NCBI RefSeq assembly: GCF_964355755.1
Contig: NW_027306096.1
Coordinates: forward strand, 1 to 64,000
DNA from: Antedon mediterranea
Taxonomy: Eukaryota; Animalia; Echinodermata
Direction of reading: 5' to 3'
DNA: 64,000 nt
Shown one piece after another: positions 15,001 through 29,200 of this stretch; within the stretch, counting starts at the first letter, position 1; every line of letters starts with the position of its first letter. The notes under the pieces were generated by a model, which worked only from the letters and a program-made list of their open reading frames with translations, had not been told where the DNA came from and did no database searches. A program made the position numbers and the translations under genes.

Positions 15001-18000
15001 TTTGATGTTTTGTGTGAAAAGTTTCACCAAAATGCACAAAATGGTCTAAAACGTTTCCAAATGCGATTTGGAGCTCTTTTGTGCACTTTGATGTTTTGTG
15101 TAAAAAGTTTGCTATTTTGTGCACTTTAATGTTTTGTGTGAAAAGTTTTATCGAAATGCTCAAAATTGTCTAAAACGGTTTCAAATGTGATTTTAAGCAC
15201 TTTGATATTTTTGTGTAAAAAAGTTTCATCGAAATGCACAAAATGGTCTAAAACGTCTCTAAATGCGATTTGAAGCTATTTTGTGCACTTTGTCGTTTTT
15301 GTGTGAAAAGTTTCATCGAAATGCTCAAAATTGTCTAAAACGTCTCCAAATGCGATTTGAAGCTATTTTGTGCACTTTGATGTTTTTTTGTGGAAAGTTT
15401 CATCGAAATGCACAAAATGGTCTAAAACGTCTCTAAATGCGATTTGAAGCTATTTTGTGCACTTTGATGTTTTTGTGTGAAAAGTTTCATCGAAATGCAC
15501 AAAATGGTCTAAAACGTCTCTAAATGCGATTTGAAGCTATTTTGTGCACTTTGTCGTTTTTGTGTGAAAAGTTTCATCGAAATGCTCAAAATGGTCTAAA
15601 ACGTCTCCAAATGCTATTTGAAGCTATTTTGTGCACTTTGATGTTTTTGTGTGAAAAGTTTCATCGAAATGCACAAAATGGTCTAAAACGGTTTCAAATG
15701 TGATTTTAAGCACTTTGATGTTTTTGTGTAATCAAGTTTTTTCGAAATGCACAAAATGGTCTAAAACGTCTCCAAATGCGATTTGAAGTTATTTTGTGCA
15801 CTTTGATGTTTTGTGTGAAAAGTTTTATCGAAATGCTCAAAATGGTCTAAAACGGTTTCAAATGTGATTTTAAGCACTTTGATATTTTTGTGTAATCAAG
15901 TTTCATCGAAATGCACAAAATGGTCTAAAACGTCTGCAAATGCGATTTGAAGCTATTGTGTGATTTTAAGAACTTTGATATTTTTGTGTAATCAAGTTTC
16001 ATCGAAATGCACAAAATGGTCTAAAACGTCTCCAAATGCGATTTGAAGCTATTTTGTGCACTTTGATGGTTTTGTGTGAAAAGTTTCATCGAAATGCACA
16101 AAATGGTCAAAAACGTCTCCAAATACGACAATAAGCTTTTGTATGCACATTGATGTTTTTGTGTGAAAAGTCTCATCGAAATGCACAAAATGGTCTAAAA
16201 CGTCTCCAAATGCGATTTGAAGCTATTTTGTGCACTTTGATGTTTTGTGTAATGAAACGCACAAAATGGTCTAAAACGTCTCCGAATACGATATTAAGCT
16301 ATTTTATGCACTTTGATGTTTTTGTGTGAAAAGTTTTTTCGAAATGCACAAAATGGTCTAAAACGTCTCCAAATGCGATTTGGAGCTCTTTTGTGCACTT
16401 TGATGTTTTGTGTCAAAAGTTTTATAGAAATGCTCGAAATGTTCTAAAACGGTTTAAAATGTGATTTTAAGCACTTTCATGTTTTTGTGTAACCAAGTTT
16501 CATCGAAATGCACAAAATGGTTTAAAACGTCTGCAAATGCGATTTGAAGCTATTTTGTGCACTTTGATGTTTTGTGTAATCCAGTTTCATCGAAATGTAC
16601 AAAATTGTCTAAAACCTCTCAAAATGCGATTTGAAGCTATTTAGTGCACTTTGATTTTTTTGTGTGAAAAGTTTCATCGAAATGCACAAAATTGTCTAAA
16701 ACGTCTCCAAATGCGATTTGGAGCTCTTTTGTGCACTTTGATGTTTTGTGTAAAAAGTTTTATCGAAATTCTCAAAATGGTCTAAAACGGTTTCAAATGT
16801 GATTTTAAGCACTTTGATGTTTTTGTGTAATCAAGTTTCATCGAAATGAACAAAATGGTTTAAAACGTCTGCAAATGCGATTTGAACATATTTTGTGCAC
16901 TTTGATGTTTTGTGTAATCCAGTTTCATCGAAATGTACAAAATTGTCTAAAGCTTCTCAAAATGCGATTTGAAGCTATTTTGTGCACTTTGATGTTTTTG
17001 TGTGAAAAGTTTCATCGAAATTCTCAAAATTGTCTAAAACGTCTCCAAATACGATATTAAGCTATTGTATCCACTTTGATGTTTTTGAGTGAAAAGTTTT
17101 TTCGAAATGCACAAAATGGTCTAAAACATCTCCAAATGCGATTTGGAGCTCTTTTGTGCACTTTGATGTTTTGTGTAAAAAGTTTGCTATTTTGTGCACT
17201 TTAATGTTTTGAGTGAAAAGTTTTATCGAAATGCTCAAAATTGTCTAAAACGGTTTCAAATGTGATTTTAAGCACTTTGATATTTTTGTGTAATCAAGTT
17301 TTTTCGAAATGCACAACATGGTCTAAAACGTCTCCAAATGCGATTTGAAGCTATTTTGTGCACTTTGATGTTTTGTGTAATGAAACGCACAAAATGGTCT
17401 AAAACGTCTCCGAATACGATATTAAGCTATTTTATGCACTTTGATGTTTTTGTGTGAAAAGTTTTTTCGAAATGCACAAAATGGTCTAAAACGTCTCCAA
17501 ATGCGATTTGGAGCTCTTTTGTGCACTTTGATGTTTTGTGTCAAAAGTTTTATAGAAATGCTCGAAATGTTCTAAAACGGTTTCAAATGTGATTTTAAGC
17601 ACTTTCATGTTTTTGTGTAACCAAGTTTCATCGAAATGCACAAAATGGTTTAAAACGTCTGCAAATGCGATTTGAAGCTATTTTGTGCACTTTGATGTTT
17701 TGTGTAACCAAGTTTCATCGAAATGCACAAAAAAATCTAAAACGTCTCCAAATGCGATTTAAAGCTATTTTGTGCACTTTAATATTTTGTGTGAAAAGTT
17801 TTATCGAAATGCTCAAAATGGTCTAAAACGGTTTCAAATGTGATTTTAAGCACTTTGATGTTTTTGTGTAATCAAGTTTCATCGAAATGCACAAAATGGT
17901 TTAAAACGTCTGCAAATGCGATTTGATGCTATTTTGTGCACTTTGATGTTTTGTGTAATCCAGTTTCATCGAAATGTACAAAATTGTCTAAAACCTCTCA

Positions 18001-19771
18001 AAATGCGATTTGAAGCTATTTTGTGCACTTTGATTTTTTTGTGTGAAAAGTTTCATCGAAATGCACAAAATTGTCTAAAACGTCTCAAAATGCGATTTGG
18101 AGCTCTTTTGTGCACTTTGATGTTTTGTGTAAAAAGTTTTATAGAAATGCTCGAAATGGTCTAAAACGTCTTCAAATGTGATTTGAAGCTATTTTGTGCA
18201 CTTTGTTGTTTTTTGTGAAAAGTTTCATCGAAACGCACAAAATTGTCTAAAACGTCTCCAAATACGATATTAAGCTATTGTATGCACTTTGTTGTTTTTG
18301 TGTGAAAAGTTGCATCGAAATGCTCAAAATGGTCTAAAACGTCTCCAAGTGCGATTTGAAGCTATTTTGTGCACTTTGATGTTTTTTTGTGAAAAGTTTA
18401 ATCGAAATGCACAAAATGGTCTAAAACGTCTCCAAATGCGATTTGAAGCTATTTTGTGCACTTTGATGTTTTGTGTGAAAAGTTTCACCAAAATGCACAA
18501 AATGGTCTAAAACGTCTCCAAATCCGCTTTGAAGCTAATCTAAGCACTTTGATGTTTTTATGTTTCAAGTTTTTTCGAAATTCACAAAATTGTCTAAAAC
18601 GTCTCCAAATCCGTTTTGAAGCTAATCTAAGCACTTTGATGTTTTTATGTTAACAAGTTTTTTCGAAATTCACAAAATTGTCTAAAACGTCTCAAAATAC
18701 GATTTGAAGCTCTTTTGTGCACTTTGATGTTTTGTGTAATAAGTTTTATAGAAACGCACAAAATGGTCTAAAACGGTTTCAAATGTGATTTTAAGCACTT
18801 TGATATTTTTGTTTAATTAAGTTTCATCGAAATGCACAAAATGGTCTAAAACGTCTCCAAATGCGATTTGAAGCTGTTTTTGTGTGAAAAGTTTTTTCGA
18901 ATTACACAAAATGGTCTAAAACGTCTCCAAATGCGATTTGAAAATCTTTTGTGGACTTTGATGTTTTGTGTCAAAAGTTTTATAGAAATGCTCGAAATGG
19001 TCTCAAACGGTTTCAAATGTGATTTTAAGCACTTTCATGTTTTTGTGTAACCAAGTTTCATCGAAATGCACAAAAAAATCTAAAACGTCTCCAAATCCGT
19101 TTTGAAGCTAATCTAAGCACTTTGATGTTTTTATGTTAACAAGTTTTTTCGAAATTCACAAAATTGTCTAAAACGTCTCCAAATACGATTTGAAGCTCTT
19201 TTGTGCACTTTGATGTTTTGTGTAATAAGTTTTATAGAAACGCACAAAATGGTCTAAAACGGTTTCAAATGTGATTTTAAGCACTTTGATATTTTTGTTT
19301 AACCAAGTTTCATCGAAATGCACAAAATGGTCTAAAACGTCTCCAAATGCGATTTGAAGCTGTTTTTGTGTGAAAAGTTTTTTCGAAATACACAAAATTT
19401 TAAGCACTTTGATGTTTTTGTGTAATCAAGTTTCATCGAAATGTACAAAATTGTCTAAAACCTCTCAAAATGCGATTTGAAGCTATTTTGTGCACTTTGA
19501 TGTTTTTGTGTGAAAAGTTTCATCGAAATTCACAAAATTGTCTAAAACGTCTCCAAATACGATATTAAGCTATTGTATGCACTTTGATGTTTTGGAGTGA
19601 AACGTTTTTTCGAAATGCACAAAATGGTCTAAAACGTCTCCAAATGCGATTTGGAGCTCTTTTGTGCACTTTGATGTTTTGTGTAAAAAGTTTGCTATTT
19701 TGTGCACTTTAATGTTTTGTGTGAAAAGTTTTATCGAAATGCTCAAAATTGTCTAAAACGGTTTCAAATGT
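1..19771 (+). repeat. Satellite array, ~87-bp monomer with ~74-78-bp variants, forward orientation
   Basis: Continuous tandem copies of aaatgcgatttgaagctattttgtgcactttgatgtttttgtgtgaaaagtttcatcgaaatgcacaaaatggtctaaaacgtctcc (87 bp), mixed with a 78-bp variant beginning aaatgtgattttaagcac. Ends abruptly at ...ggtttcaaatgt (19771). Confidence 0.98.
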
Positions 19772-20234
19772 TTCATTACTACTCAACTTATCAGATGTTA
19801 TCTTAAATAGTGTTGTCATTTTTGTAATCAATATTATCGGTATCGATATAAATCTTCAACCATCTTTAATATTTATTACCAAAATTGTTAGGCATATAGG
19901 GCTACGTGTTCCGTTTTTCTGAATCGGAATTAATTTTAAGTGTACAATAATATTGTTATACGTCAGTATAAACTGTACTTATACTCGACGCAAAGTATTC
20001 AAGTTCCATATTAGACTGTTGCTCAATTAGTTTGCTTTTACTCACGGTAGATAAATTAATTTCTTTTACCTAATAACAATTTGTTGGCACCGGTGTAGAG
20101 GAGGTTGTAAAATGACATTCGCGCGCTGTTTGATCGTAGGCCTATAACGGTCAATCTTCGAGTTTCCAATAACAACCCCGCCTTCTAATTTAAATGTTAA
20201 AACGTTTTGTCCCACGCTTGAGTAGGCTCGGCTA

Positions 20235-20754
20235 ACAAAATTCATTTTGTCGCGACTAAACGAATTTTGTTGCAACAAAACGAATTTTGTCTACACAGAA
20301 TAAATTTTGTCTACACAGAATGAATTTTGTCTACACAGAATGAATTTTGTCTACACAGAATAAATGTTGTCTACACAGAATACATTTTGTCGCCACAAAA
20401 TGAATTTTGTCCACACAGAATTAATTTTGTCTACACAGAATTAATTTTGTCTACACAAAATGAATTTTGTCGTTACAGAATGAATTTTGTCGCCACAAAA
20501 TGAATTTTGTTGTTACAGAATGAATTTTGTCTACACAGAATGAATTTTGTCAACACAGAATTAATTTTGCATACAAAGAATGAATTTTGTTTACACAGAA
20601 TTAATTTTGTCAAGACAAAATGAATTTTGTCAAGACAAAATTAATTTTGTCCACACAGAATAAATTTTTGTCAACACAAAATGAATTTTGTCAATACAAA
20701 ATTAATTTTGTGTTGACAAAATTCATTCTGTGTAGACAAAATTCATTCTGTAAC
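20235..20754. repeat. 20-bp palindromic minisatellite, about 25 units
   Basis: Units ACA(A/G)AAT-NN-ATTTTGT plus a variable 4-nt linker (ctac, cgcc, ccac, cgtt, caac, caag). The first unit and the last two are in reverse orientation. Confidence 0.95.
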
Positions 20755-20987
20755 AAACAACGTAATTTTGATTAATTAATCAGTTTTTAATTAATATTTC
20801 CAAAAGCAGAAGTTAGTGATTATCGCCCACAAACACAGAAGGTACGATTGGTGTCTAACGCCGACTATGGGTGTTCAACGCATGTCCCCAGGGGTTTCAA
20901 ACGCCGCCCGTGGCACTAAGAGATATCTTTCAAGTAGCGTACTGGTTGCGCTTCATTGTTCCTAGATTGCATTAACCAAATTTCTTC

Positions 20988-21386
20988 GATCTATCTCTCT
21001 CTCTCGCTGATCTATCTCTCTCGCTGATCTATCTCTCTCTCGCTGATCTATCTCTCTCTCTCGCTGAGCTATCTCTCTCTCGCTGATCTATCTCTCTCTC
21101 GCTGATCTATCTCTCTCTCGCTGATCTGTCTCTCTCTCGCTGATCTATCTCTCTCTCTTGCTGATCTATCTCTCTCTCTCTCGCTGATCTATCTCTCTCT
21201 CGCTGATCTATCTCTCTCTCACTGATCTATCTCTCTCTCACTGATCTATCTCTCTCTCACTGATCTATCTCTCTCTCGCTGATCTATCTCTCTCTCTCGC
21301 TGATCTATCTCTCTCTCGCTGATCTATCTCTCTCTCGCTGATCTATCTCTCTCTCTCTCGCTGATCTATCTCTCTCTCGTTGATCT
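20988..21386. repeat. GCTGATCTAT(CT)n compound minisatellite, about 20 units of 17-23 bp
   Basis: Direct reading: gctgatctatctctctctc repeated with variable CT number; abuts the inverted satellite. Confidence 0.97.
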
Positions 21387-22123
21387 AATAGCTTCAAAAC
21401 GGATTTGGAGACGTTTTAGACCATTGTGTGCATTTCTATGAAACTTTTCACACAAAAACATCAAAGTGCACAAAATAGCTTCAAATCGCATTTGGAGAAC
21501 GTTTTAGACCATTTTGTGCATTTCGATGAAACTTGGTTACAAAAAAACATCAAAGTGCTTAAAATCACATCTGAAACCGTTTTAGACCATTTTGAGCAAT
21601 TCTATAAAACTTTTAACAAAAAACGTTTTAGACCATTTTGTGCATTTCGATGAAACTTGATTACATAAAAACATCAAAGTGCTTAAAATCACATTTGAAA
21701 CCGTTTTAGAACATTTTGAGCATTTCGAAAAAACTTGTTAACATAAAAACACCAAAGTGCTTAGAATAGCTTCAAAACGGATTTTGAGGCGTTTTAGACC
21801 ATTTTGTGCATTTCGATGAAACTTTTAACACAAAACATCAAAGTGCACAAAATAGCTTCAAATCGCATTTGGAGGCGTTTTAGACCATTTTGTGCATTTC
21901 GATGAAACTTTTCACACAAAAACATGTGCATACAATAGCTTAATATCGTATTTGGAGACGTTTTAGACCATTTTGTGCAATTCGATGAAACTTTTCACAC
22001 AAAAACATCAAAGTGCACAAAATAGCTTTAAATCGCATTTGGAGACGTTTTAGACCATTTTGAGCATTTCGATGAAACTTTTTTTACAAAAAAACAAAGT
22101 GCATACAACAGCTTAATATCGTA
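21387..22123 (-). repeat. Satellite array, reverse orientation (segment 1)
   Basis: Reverse complement of the 87-bp monomer (acatcaaagtgcacaaaatagcttcaaatcgcatttggagacgttttagaccattttg). Confidence 0.96.
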
Positions 22124-23208
22124 GACAAGCAATCATTGTGGGTGATTTGATGTCTGATGAGTTCGCTCTACCCTGGGGTGTACCACAGGGATCCGTAAAA
22201 GGTCCACTCGATTTCATCTTATACACTGGACCACTCAGCAACATCATTGATTCCCACCCGGAAGTTCGTCATATGATCTATGCAGATGACACTCAACTAT
22301 ATTTAATCATGAAACCTACACATCACTCTGAATCTGTTAACAGCCTTGAATCATGCATTGCAGATGTTCGCTCATGGGCCATTCAAAATAAACTCATGCT
22401 CAACGACTCCAAGACTGAAATGATCCATTTTCATTCAAAGTTCCGTGAGGCATCATCATTTCCTTTGGTCCATATCGGAGATACTAGTGTCTCTACCTCC
22501 AGCTCAGCCAGAAATCTAGGCGTCCAACTAGACAACAGCCTCGGTTTAAAAGAACACATTCGTAATGTTTGCCGTGGTGCTTCCTTTGGAATTTACCAGA
22601 TCGGCCAGATTCGTAAGTACCTTGACAAAACATCAACTGAACGTCTTGTTCATGCTTTTGTTTCATCTCGTCTGGACTGTAATAACTCGCTTCTGTACGG
22701 CCTACCAACTTCTTATCTGTCTCCTCTTCAACGAATTCAAAATTCCGCCGCAAGACTTATCACTGGCACTAAACGACATGAACATATTTCTCCCGTTTTA
22801 CGTGACTTACACTGGTTGCCTGTTGATCAGCGCATTCGTTTTAAAATCCTGTTGCTGACATATAAGGCCATCAACGGATGTGCTCCAGCCTACATATGTG
22901 ACATCATTACTCCGTCAACCAACTCTTCGCTTCGTTCATCCAGCCGACTTCTTCTAAAACCTGGACCCCGTTCCAGAACTCGGTTTTACGGTGATCGTGC
23001 TTTCGCTGTCGCAGCCCCAAAACTCTGGAACACTCTACCACTCGAAATACGCTCATCAAAATCTGTTATCACATTTAAAACTAAACTCAAAACTCATCTC
23101 TTCAGAGAAGCATAATCGCACGCTACTACTTGCACTGATCTTGGAAAACACAGCGCTTTGAAACCTTTGTCTCTTGCGCTTTATAAATGTTATTTATTAT
23201 TATTATTA
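22124..23208 (+). mobile_element. 5'-truncated non-LTR retrotransposon (L2-type, CR1 group) with 11-bp TSD
   Basis: RT C-terminal ORF, 3' agcgc...gcgct stem-loop, (TTA)n tail. ttaatatcgta is present at both 22113-22123 and 23209-23219. Confidence 0.93.
22138..23115 (+). pseudogene. LINE ORF2 fragment (RT C-terminal half), N-terminally truncated
   Basis: Motifs GVPQGS, YADDTQLY, RNLGV, SRLDCNNSLL, LHWLP, GDRAFAVAAPKLWN, FKTKLKTHLF, typical of L2-clade ORF2. Confidence 0.92.
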
Positions 23209-26200
23209 TTAATATCGTATTTGGAGACGTTTTAGAATATTTTGTGCATTTCGATGAAACTTTTCACACAAAACAATAAAGTGCACAAAATAGCTTCAAA
23301 TCGCATTTGGAGACGTTTTAGACCATTTTTTGCGTTTCATTACACAAAACATCAAAGTGCACAAAATAGCTTCAAATCTTATTTGGAGACGTTTTAGACC
23401 ATTTTGTGCGTTTCATTACACAAAACATCAAAGTGCACAAAATAGCTTCAAATCGCAATCGGAGACGTTTTAGACCATGTTGTGCATTTCGAAAAAACTT
23501 GATTACACAAAAATATCAAAGTGCTTAAAATCACATTTGAAACTGTTTTAGACCATTTTGAGCATTTCGATAAAACTTTTCACACAAAACATTGAAGTGC
23601 ACAAAATAGCTTTAAATCGCATTTGGAGACGTTTTAGATTTTTTTGTGCATTTCGATGAAACTTGGTTACACAAAAACATCAAAGTGCTTAAAATCACAT
23701 TTGAAACCGTTTTATACCATTTCGAGCATTTCTATAAAACTTTTGACACAAAACATCAAAGTGCACAAAAGAGCTTCAAATCGCAATCGGAGACGTTTTA
23801 GACCATGTTGTGCATTTCGAAAAAACTTGATTACACAAAAATATCAAAGTGCTTAAAATCACATTTGAAACCGTTTTAGACAATTTTGAGCATTTCAATA
23901 AAACTTTTCACACAAAACATTAAAGTGCACAAAATAGCAAACTTTTTACACAAAACATCAAAGTGCACAAAAGAGCTCCAAATCGCATTCGGAGACGTTT
24001 TAGACCATTTTGTGCATTTCTAAAAAACTTTTCACTCAAAAACATCAAAGTGCATACAATAGCTTAATGTCGTATTTGGAGACGTTTTAGACAATTTTGT
24101 GCATTTCGATGAAACTTTTCAAACAAAAACATCAAAGTGCTTCAAATCGCGTTTTGAGAGGTTTTAGACAATTTTGTACATTTCGATGAAACTGGATTAC
24201 ACAAAACATCAAAGTGCACAAAATAGCTTCAAATCGCCTTTGCAGCCGTTTTAGACCATTTTGTGCATTTCGATGAAACTTGATTACACAAAAACATCAA
24301 AGTGCTTAAAATCTCATTTGAAACCGTTTTAGACCATTTTGAGCATTTCGATAAAACTTTTGACACAAAACATCAAAGTGCACAAAAGAGCTCCAAATCG
24401 CATTTGGAGACGTTTTAGACCATTTTGTGCATTTCGATGAAACTTTTCACACAAAAACATCAAAGTGCACAAAATAGCTTCAAATCGCATTTGCAGACGT
24501 TTTAGACAATTTTGTGCATTTCGATGAAACTTTTTACACAAAACCATCAAAGTGCACAAAATAGCTTCAAATCGCATTTGCAGACGTTTTAGACAATTTT
24601 GTGCATTTCGATGAAACTTGATTACACAAAAATATCAAAGTGCTTAAAATCACATTTGAAACCGTTTTAGACCATTTTGAGCATTTCGATAAAATTTTTC
24701 ACACAAAACATGAAAGTGCACAAAATAGCTTCAAATCGCATTTTCAGACGTTTTAGACCATTTTGTGCATTTCGATGAAACTTGATTACACAAAAACATC
24801 AAAGTGCTTAAAATCACATTTGAAACCGTTTTAGACCATTTTGAGCATTTCGATAAAACTTTTCACACAAAACATCAAAGTGCACAAAATAACTTCAAAT
24901 CGCATTTAGAGACGTTTTAGACCATTTTGTGCATTTCGTGAAAACTTTTCAGACAAAAACAACAAAGTGCATACAATAGCTTAATATCATATTTGGAGAC
25001 GTTTTAGACCATTTTCTGCATTTCGATGAAACTTTTCACACAAAAACATCAAAGTGCACAAAATAACTTCAAATCGCATTTAGAGACGTTTTAGACAATT
25101 TTGTGCATTTCGTCAAAACTTTTCAGACAAAAACAACAAAGTGCATACAATAGCTTAATATCATATTTGGAGACGTTTTAGACCATTTTGTGCATTTCGA
25201 TGAAACTTTTCACACAAAAACATCAAAGTGCACAAAATATCTTCAAATCGCATTTGGAGACGTTTTAGACCATTTTGTGCATTTCTATGAAACTTTTCAC
25301 ACAAAAACATCAAAGTGCACACAATATCTTCAAATCGCATTTGGAGACGTTTTAGACCATTTTGTGCATTTCGATGAAACGTTTCACACAAAACAACAAA
25401 GTTCACAAAATAGCTTCAAATCGCATTTGGAGACGTTTTAGACCATTTTGTGCATTTCGAAAAAACTTGTTAACATAAAAACATCAAAGTGCTTAGATTA
25501 GCTTCAAAACGGATTTGGAGACGTTTTAGACCATTTTGTGCATTTTGGTTAAACTTTTCACACAAAACATCAAAGTGCACAATATAGCTTCAAATCGCAT
25601 TTGGAGACGTTTTAGACCATTTTGTGCGTTTCATTACACAAAACATCAAAGTGCACAAAATAGCTTCAAATCGCATTTGGAGACGTTTTAGACCATTTTG
25701 TGCATTTTGGTGAAACTTTTCACACAAAAACATCAATGTGCATACAAAAGCTTATTATCGTATTTTGAAACGTTTTAGACCAATTTGTGCATTTCAAAAA
25801 AACTTTTCACACAAAAACATCAAAGTGCATACAATAGCTTAATATCGTATTTGGAGACGTTTTAGACAATTTTGTGCATTTCGATGAAACTTTTCACACA
25901 AAAACATCAAAGTGCACAAAATAGCTTCAAATCGCATTTTGAGAGGTTTTAGACAATTTTGTACATTTCGATGAAACTGGATTACACAAAACATCAAAGT
26001 GCACAAAATAGCTTCAAATCGCATTTGCAGACGTTTTAGACCATTTTGTGCATTTCGATAAAACTTTTTACACAAAAACATCAAAATACATACAATAGCT
26101 TAATATCGTATTTGGAGACGTTTTAGAACATTTTGTCCATTTCGATGAAACTTTTCACACAAAAACATCAAAGTGCACAAAATTGCTTCAAATCGCATTT

Positions 26201-29200
26201 GGAGACGTTTTAGACCATTTTGAGCATTTCGATAAAACTTTTCACACAAAACATCAAAGTGCACAAAATAACTTCAAATCGCATTTAGAGACGTTTTAGA
26301 CCATTTTGTGCATTTCGTGAAAACTTTTCAGACAAAAACAACAAAGTGCATACAATAGCTTAATATCATATTTGGAGACGTTTTAGACCATTTTCTGCAT
26401 TTCGATGAAACTTTTCACACAAAAACATCAAAGTGCACAAAATAACTTCAAATCGTATTTAGAGACGTTTTAGACCATTTTGTGCATTTCGTCAAAACTT
26501 TTCAGACAAAAACAACAAAGTGCATACAATAGCTTAATATCATATTTAGAGACGTTTTAGACCATTTTGTGCATTTCGATGAAACTTTTCACACAAAAAC
26601 ATCAAAGTGCACAAAATATCTTCAAATCGCATTTGGAGACGTTTTAGACCATTTTGTGCATTTCTATGAAACTTTTCACACAAAAACATCAAAGTGCACA
26701 CAATATCTTCAAATCGCATTTGGAGACGTTTTAGACCATTTTGTGCATTTCGATGAAACGTTTCACACAAAACAACAAAGTGCACAAAATAGCTTCAAAT
26801 CGCATTTGGAGACGTTTTAGACCATTTTGTGCATTTCGATGAAACTTGGTTAAACAAAAATATCAAAGTGCTTAAAATCACATTTGAAACCGTTTTAGAC
26901 CATTTTGTGCATTTCTATAAAACTTTTTACACAAAACATCAAAGTGCACAAAAGAGCTTCAAATCGTATTTGGAGACGTTTTAGACCATTTTGTGCATTT
27001 CGAAAAAACTTGTTAACATAAAAACATCAAAGTGCTTAGATTAGCTTCAAAACGGATTTGGAGACGTTTTAGACCATTTTGTGCATTTTGGTTAAACTTT
27101 TCACACAAAACATCAAAGTGCACAATTATAGCTTCAAATCGCATTTGGAGACGTTTTAGACCATTTTGTGCGTTTCATTACACAAAACATCAAAGTGCAC
27201 AAAATAGCTTCAAATCGCATTTGGAGACGTTTTAGACCATTTTGTGCATTTTGGTGAAACTTTTCACACAAAAACATCAATGTGCATACAAAAGCTTATT
27301 ATCGTATTTTGAAACGTTTTAGACCAATTTGTGCATTTCGAAAAAACTTTTCACACAAAAACATCAAAGTGCAAACAATAGCTTAATATCGTATTTGGAG
27401 ACGTTTTAGACAATTTTGTGCATTTCGATGAAACTTTTCACACAAAAACATCAAAGTGCACAAAATAGCTTCAAATCGCATTTTGAGAGGTTTTAGACAA
27501 TTTTGTACATTTCGATGAAACTGGATTACACAAAACATCAAAGTGCACCAAATAGCTTCAAATCGAATTTGCAGACGTTTTAGACCATTTTGTGCATTTC
27601 GATAAAACTTTTCACACAAAAACATCAAAATACATACAATAGCTTAATATCGTATTTGGAGACGTTTTAGAACATTTTGTCCATTTCGATGAAACTTTTC
27701 ACACAAAAACATCAAAGTGAACAAAATAGCTTCAAATCGTATTTGGAGACGTTTTAGACAATTTTGTGCATTTCGATGAAAATTTTCACACAAAACAACA
27801 AAGTGCACAAAATAGCTTCAAATCGCATTTGGAGACATTTTAGACCATTTTGTGCGTTTCATTACACAAAACATCAAAGTGCACAAAATAGCTTCAAATC
27901 GCATTTGGAGACGTTTTAGACCATGTTGTGCATTTCCAAAAAACTTGAATACACAAAAATATCAAAGTGCTTAAAATCACATTTGAAACCGTTTTAGACC
28001 ATTTTGAGCATTTCGATAAAACTTTTCACACAAAACATTAAAGTGCTTAAAATCACATTTGAAAACGTTTTAGACCATTTCGAGCATTTCTATAAAACTT
28101 TTTACACAAAACATCAAAGTGCACAAAAGAGCTCCAAATCGCATTTGGAGACGTTTTAGACCATTTTGTGCATTTCGAAAAAACTTTCACACAAAAACAT
28201 CAAAGTGCATACAATAGCTTAATATCGTATTTGGAGACGTTTTAGACAATTTTGTGCATTTCGATGAAACTTTTCACACAAAAACATCAAAGTGCACAAA
28301 ATAGCTTCAAATCGCATTTTGAGAGGTTTTAGACAATTTTGTACATTTCGATGAAACTGGATTACACAAAACATCAAAGTGCACAAAATAGCTTCAAATC
28401 GCATTTGCAGACGTTTTAGACCATTTTGTGCATTTCGATCAAACTTTTCACACAAAAACATCAATGTGCACAAAATAGCTTCAAATCGCATTTAGAGACG
28501 TTTTAGACCATTTTGTGCATTTCTATGAAACTTTTCACACAAAAAACTCAAAGTGCACAAAATAGCTTCAAATCGCATTTGGAGACGTTTTAGACCATTT
28601 TGAGCATTTCGATGAAACTTTTCACAAAAAAACAACAAAGTGCATACAATAGCTTTATCGTATTTGGAGACGTTTTAGACAATTCTGTGCGTTTCGATGA
28701 AACTTGTCACAAAAAACAACAAAGTGCACAAAATAGCTTCAAATCGCATTTAGAGACGTTTTAGACCATTTTGTGCATTTCGATGAAACTTTTCACACAA
28801 AAACATCAAAGTGCACAAAATAGCTTCAAATCGCATTTGGAGAGGTTTTAGACCATTTTGAGCATTTCGATGAAACTTTTCACACAAAAACAACAAAGTG
28901 CATACAATAGCTTAATATCGTATTTGGAGACGTTTAAGACAATTTTGTGCGTTTCGATGAAACTTTTCAAAAAAAACAACAAAGTGCACAAAATAGCTTC
29001 AAATCGCATTTGGAGACGTTTTAGACCATGTTGTGCATTTCGAAAAAATTTGATTACACAAAAATATCAAAGTGCTTAAAATCACATTTGAAACCGTTTT
29101 AGACAATTTTGTGCATTTCGAAAAAACTTTTCACACAAAAACATCAAAGTGCACAAAATAGCTTCAAATCGCATTTTGAGAGGTTTTAGACAATTTTGTA

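Noticed and set aside
20235-20754. CRISPR-like array (palindromic repeat with variable spacer)
   Set aside because: Spacers are 4 nt and recurrent, there are no cas genes, and the context is eukaryotic.
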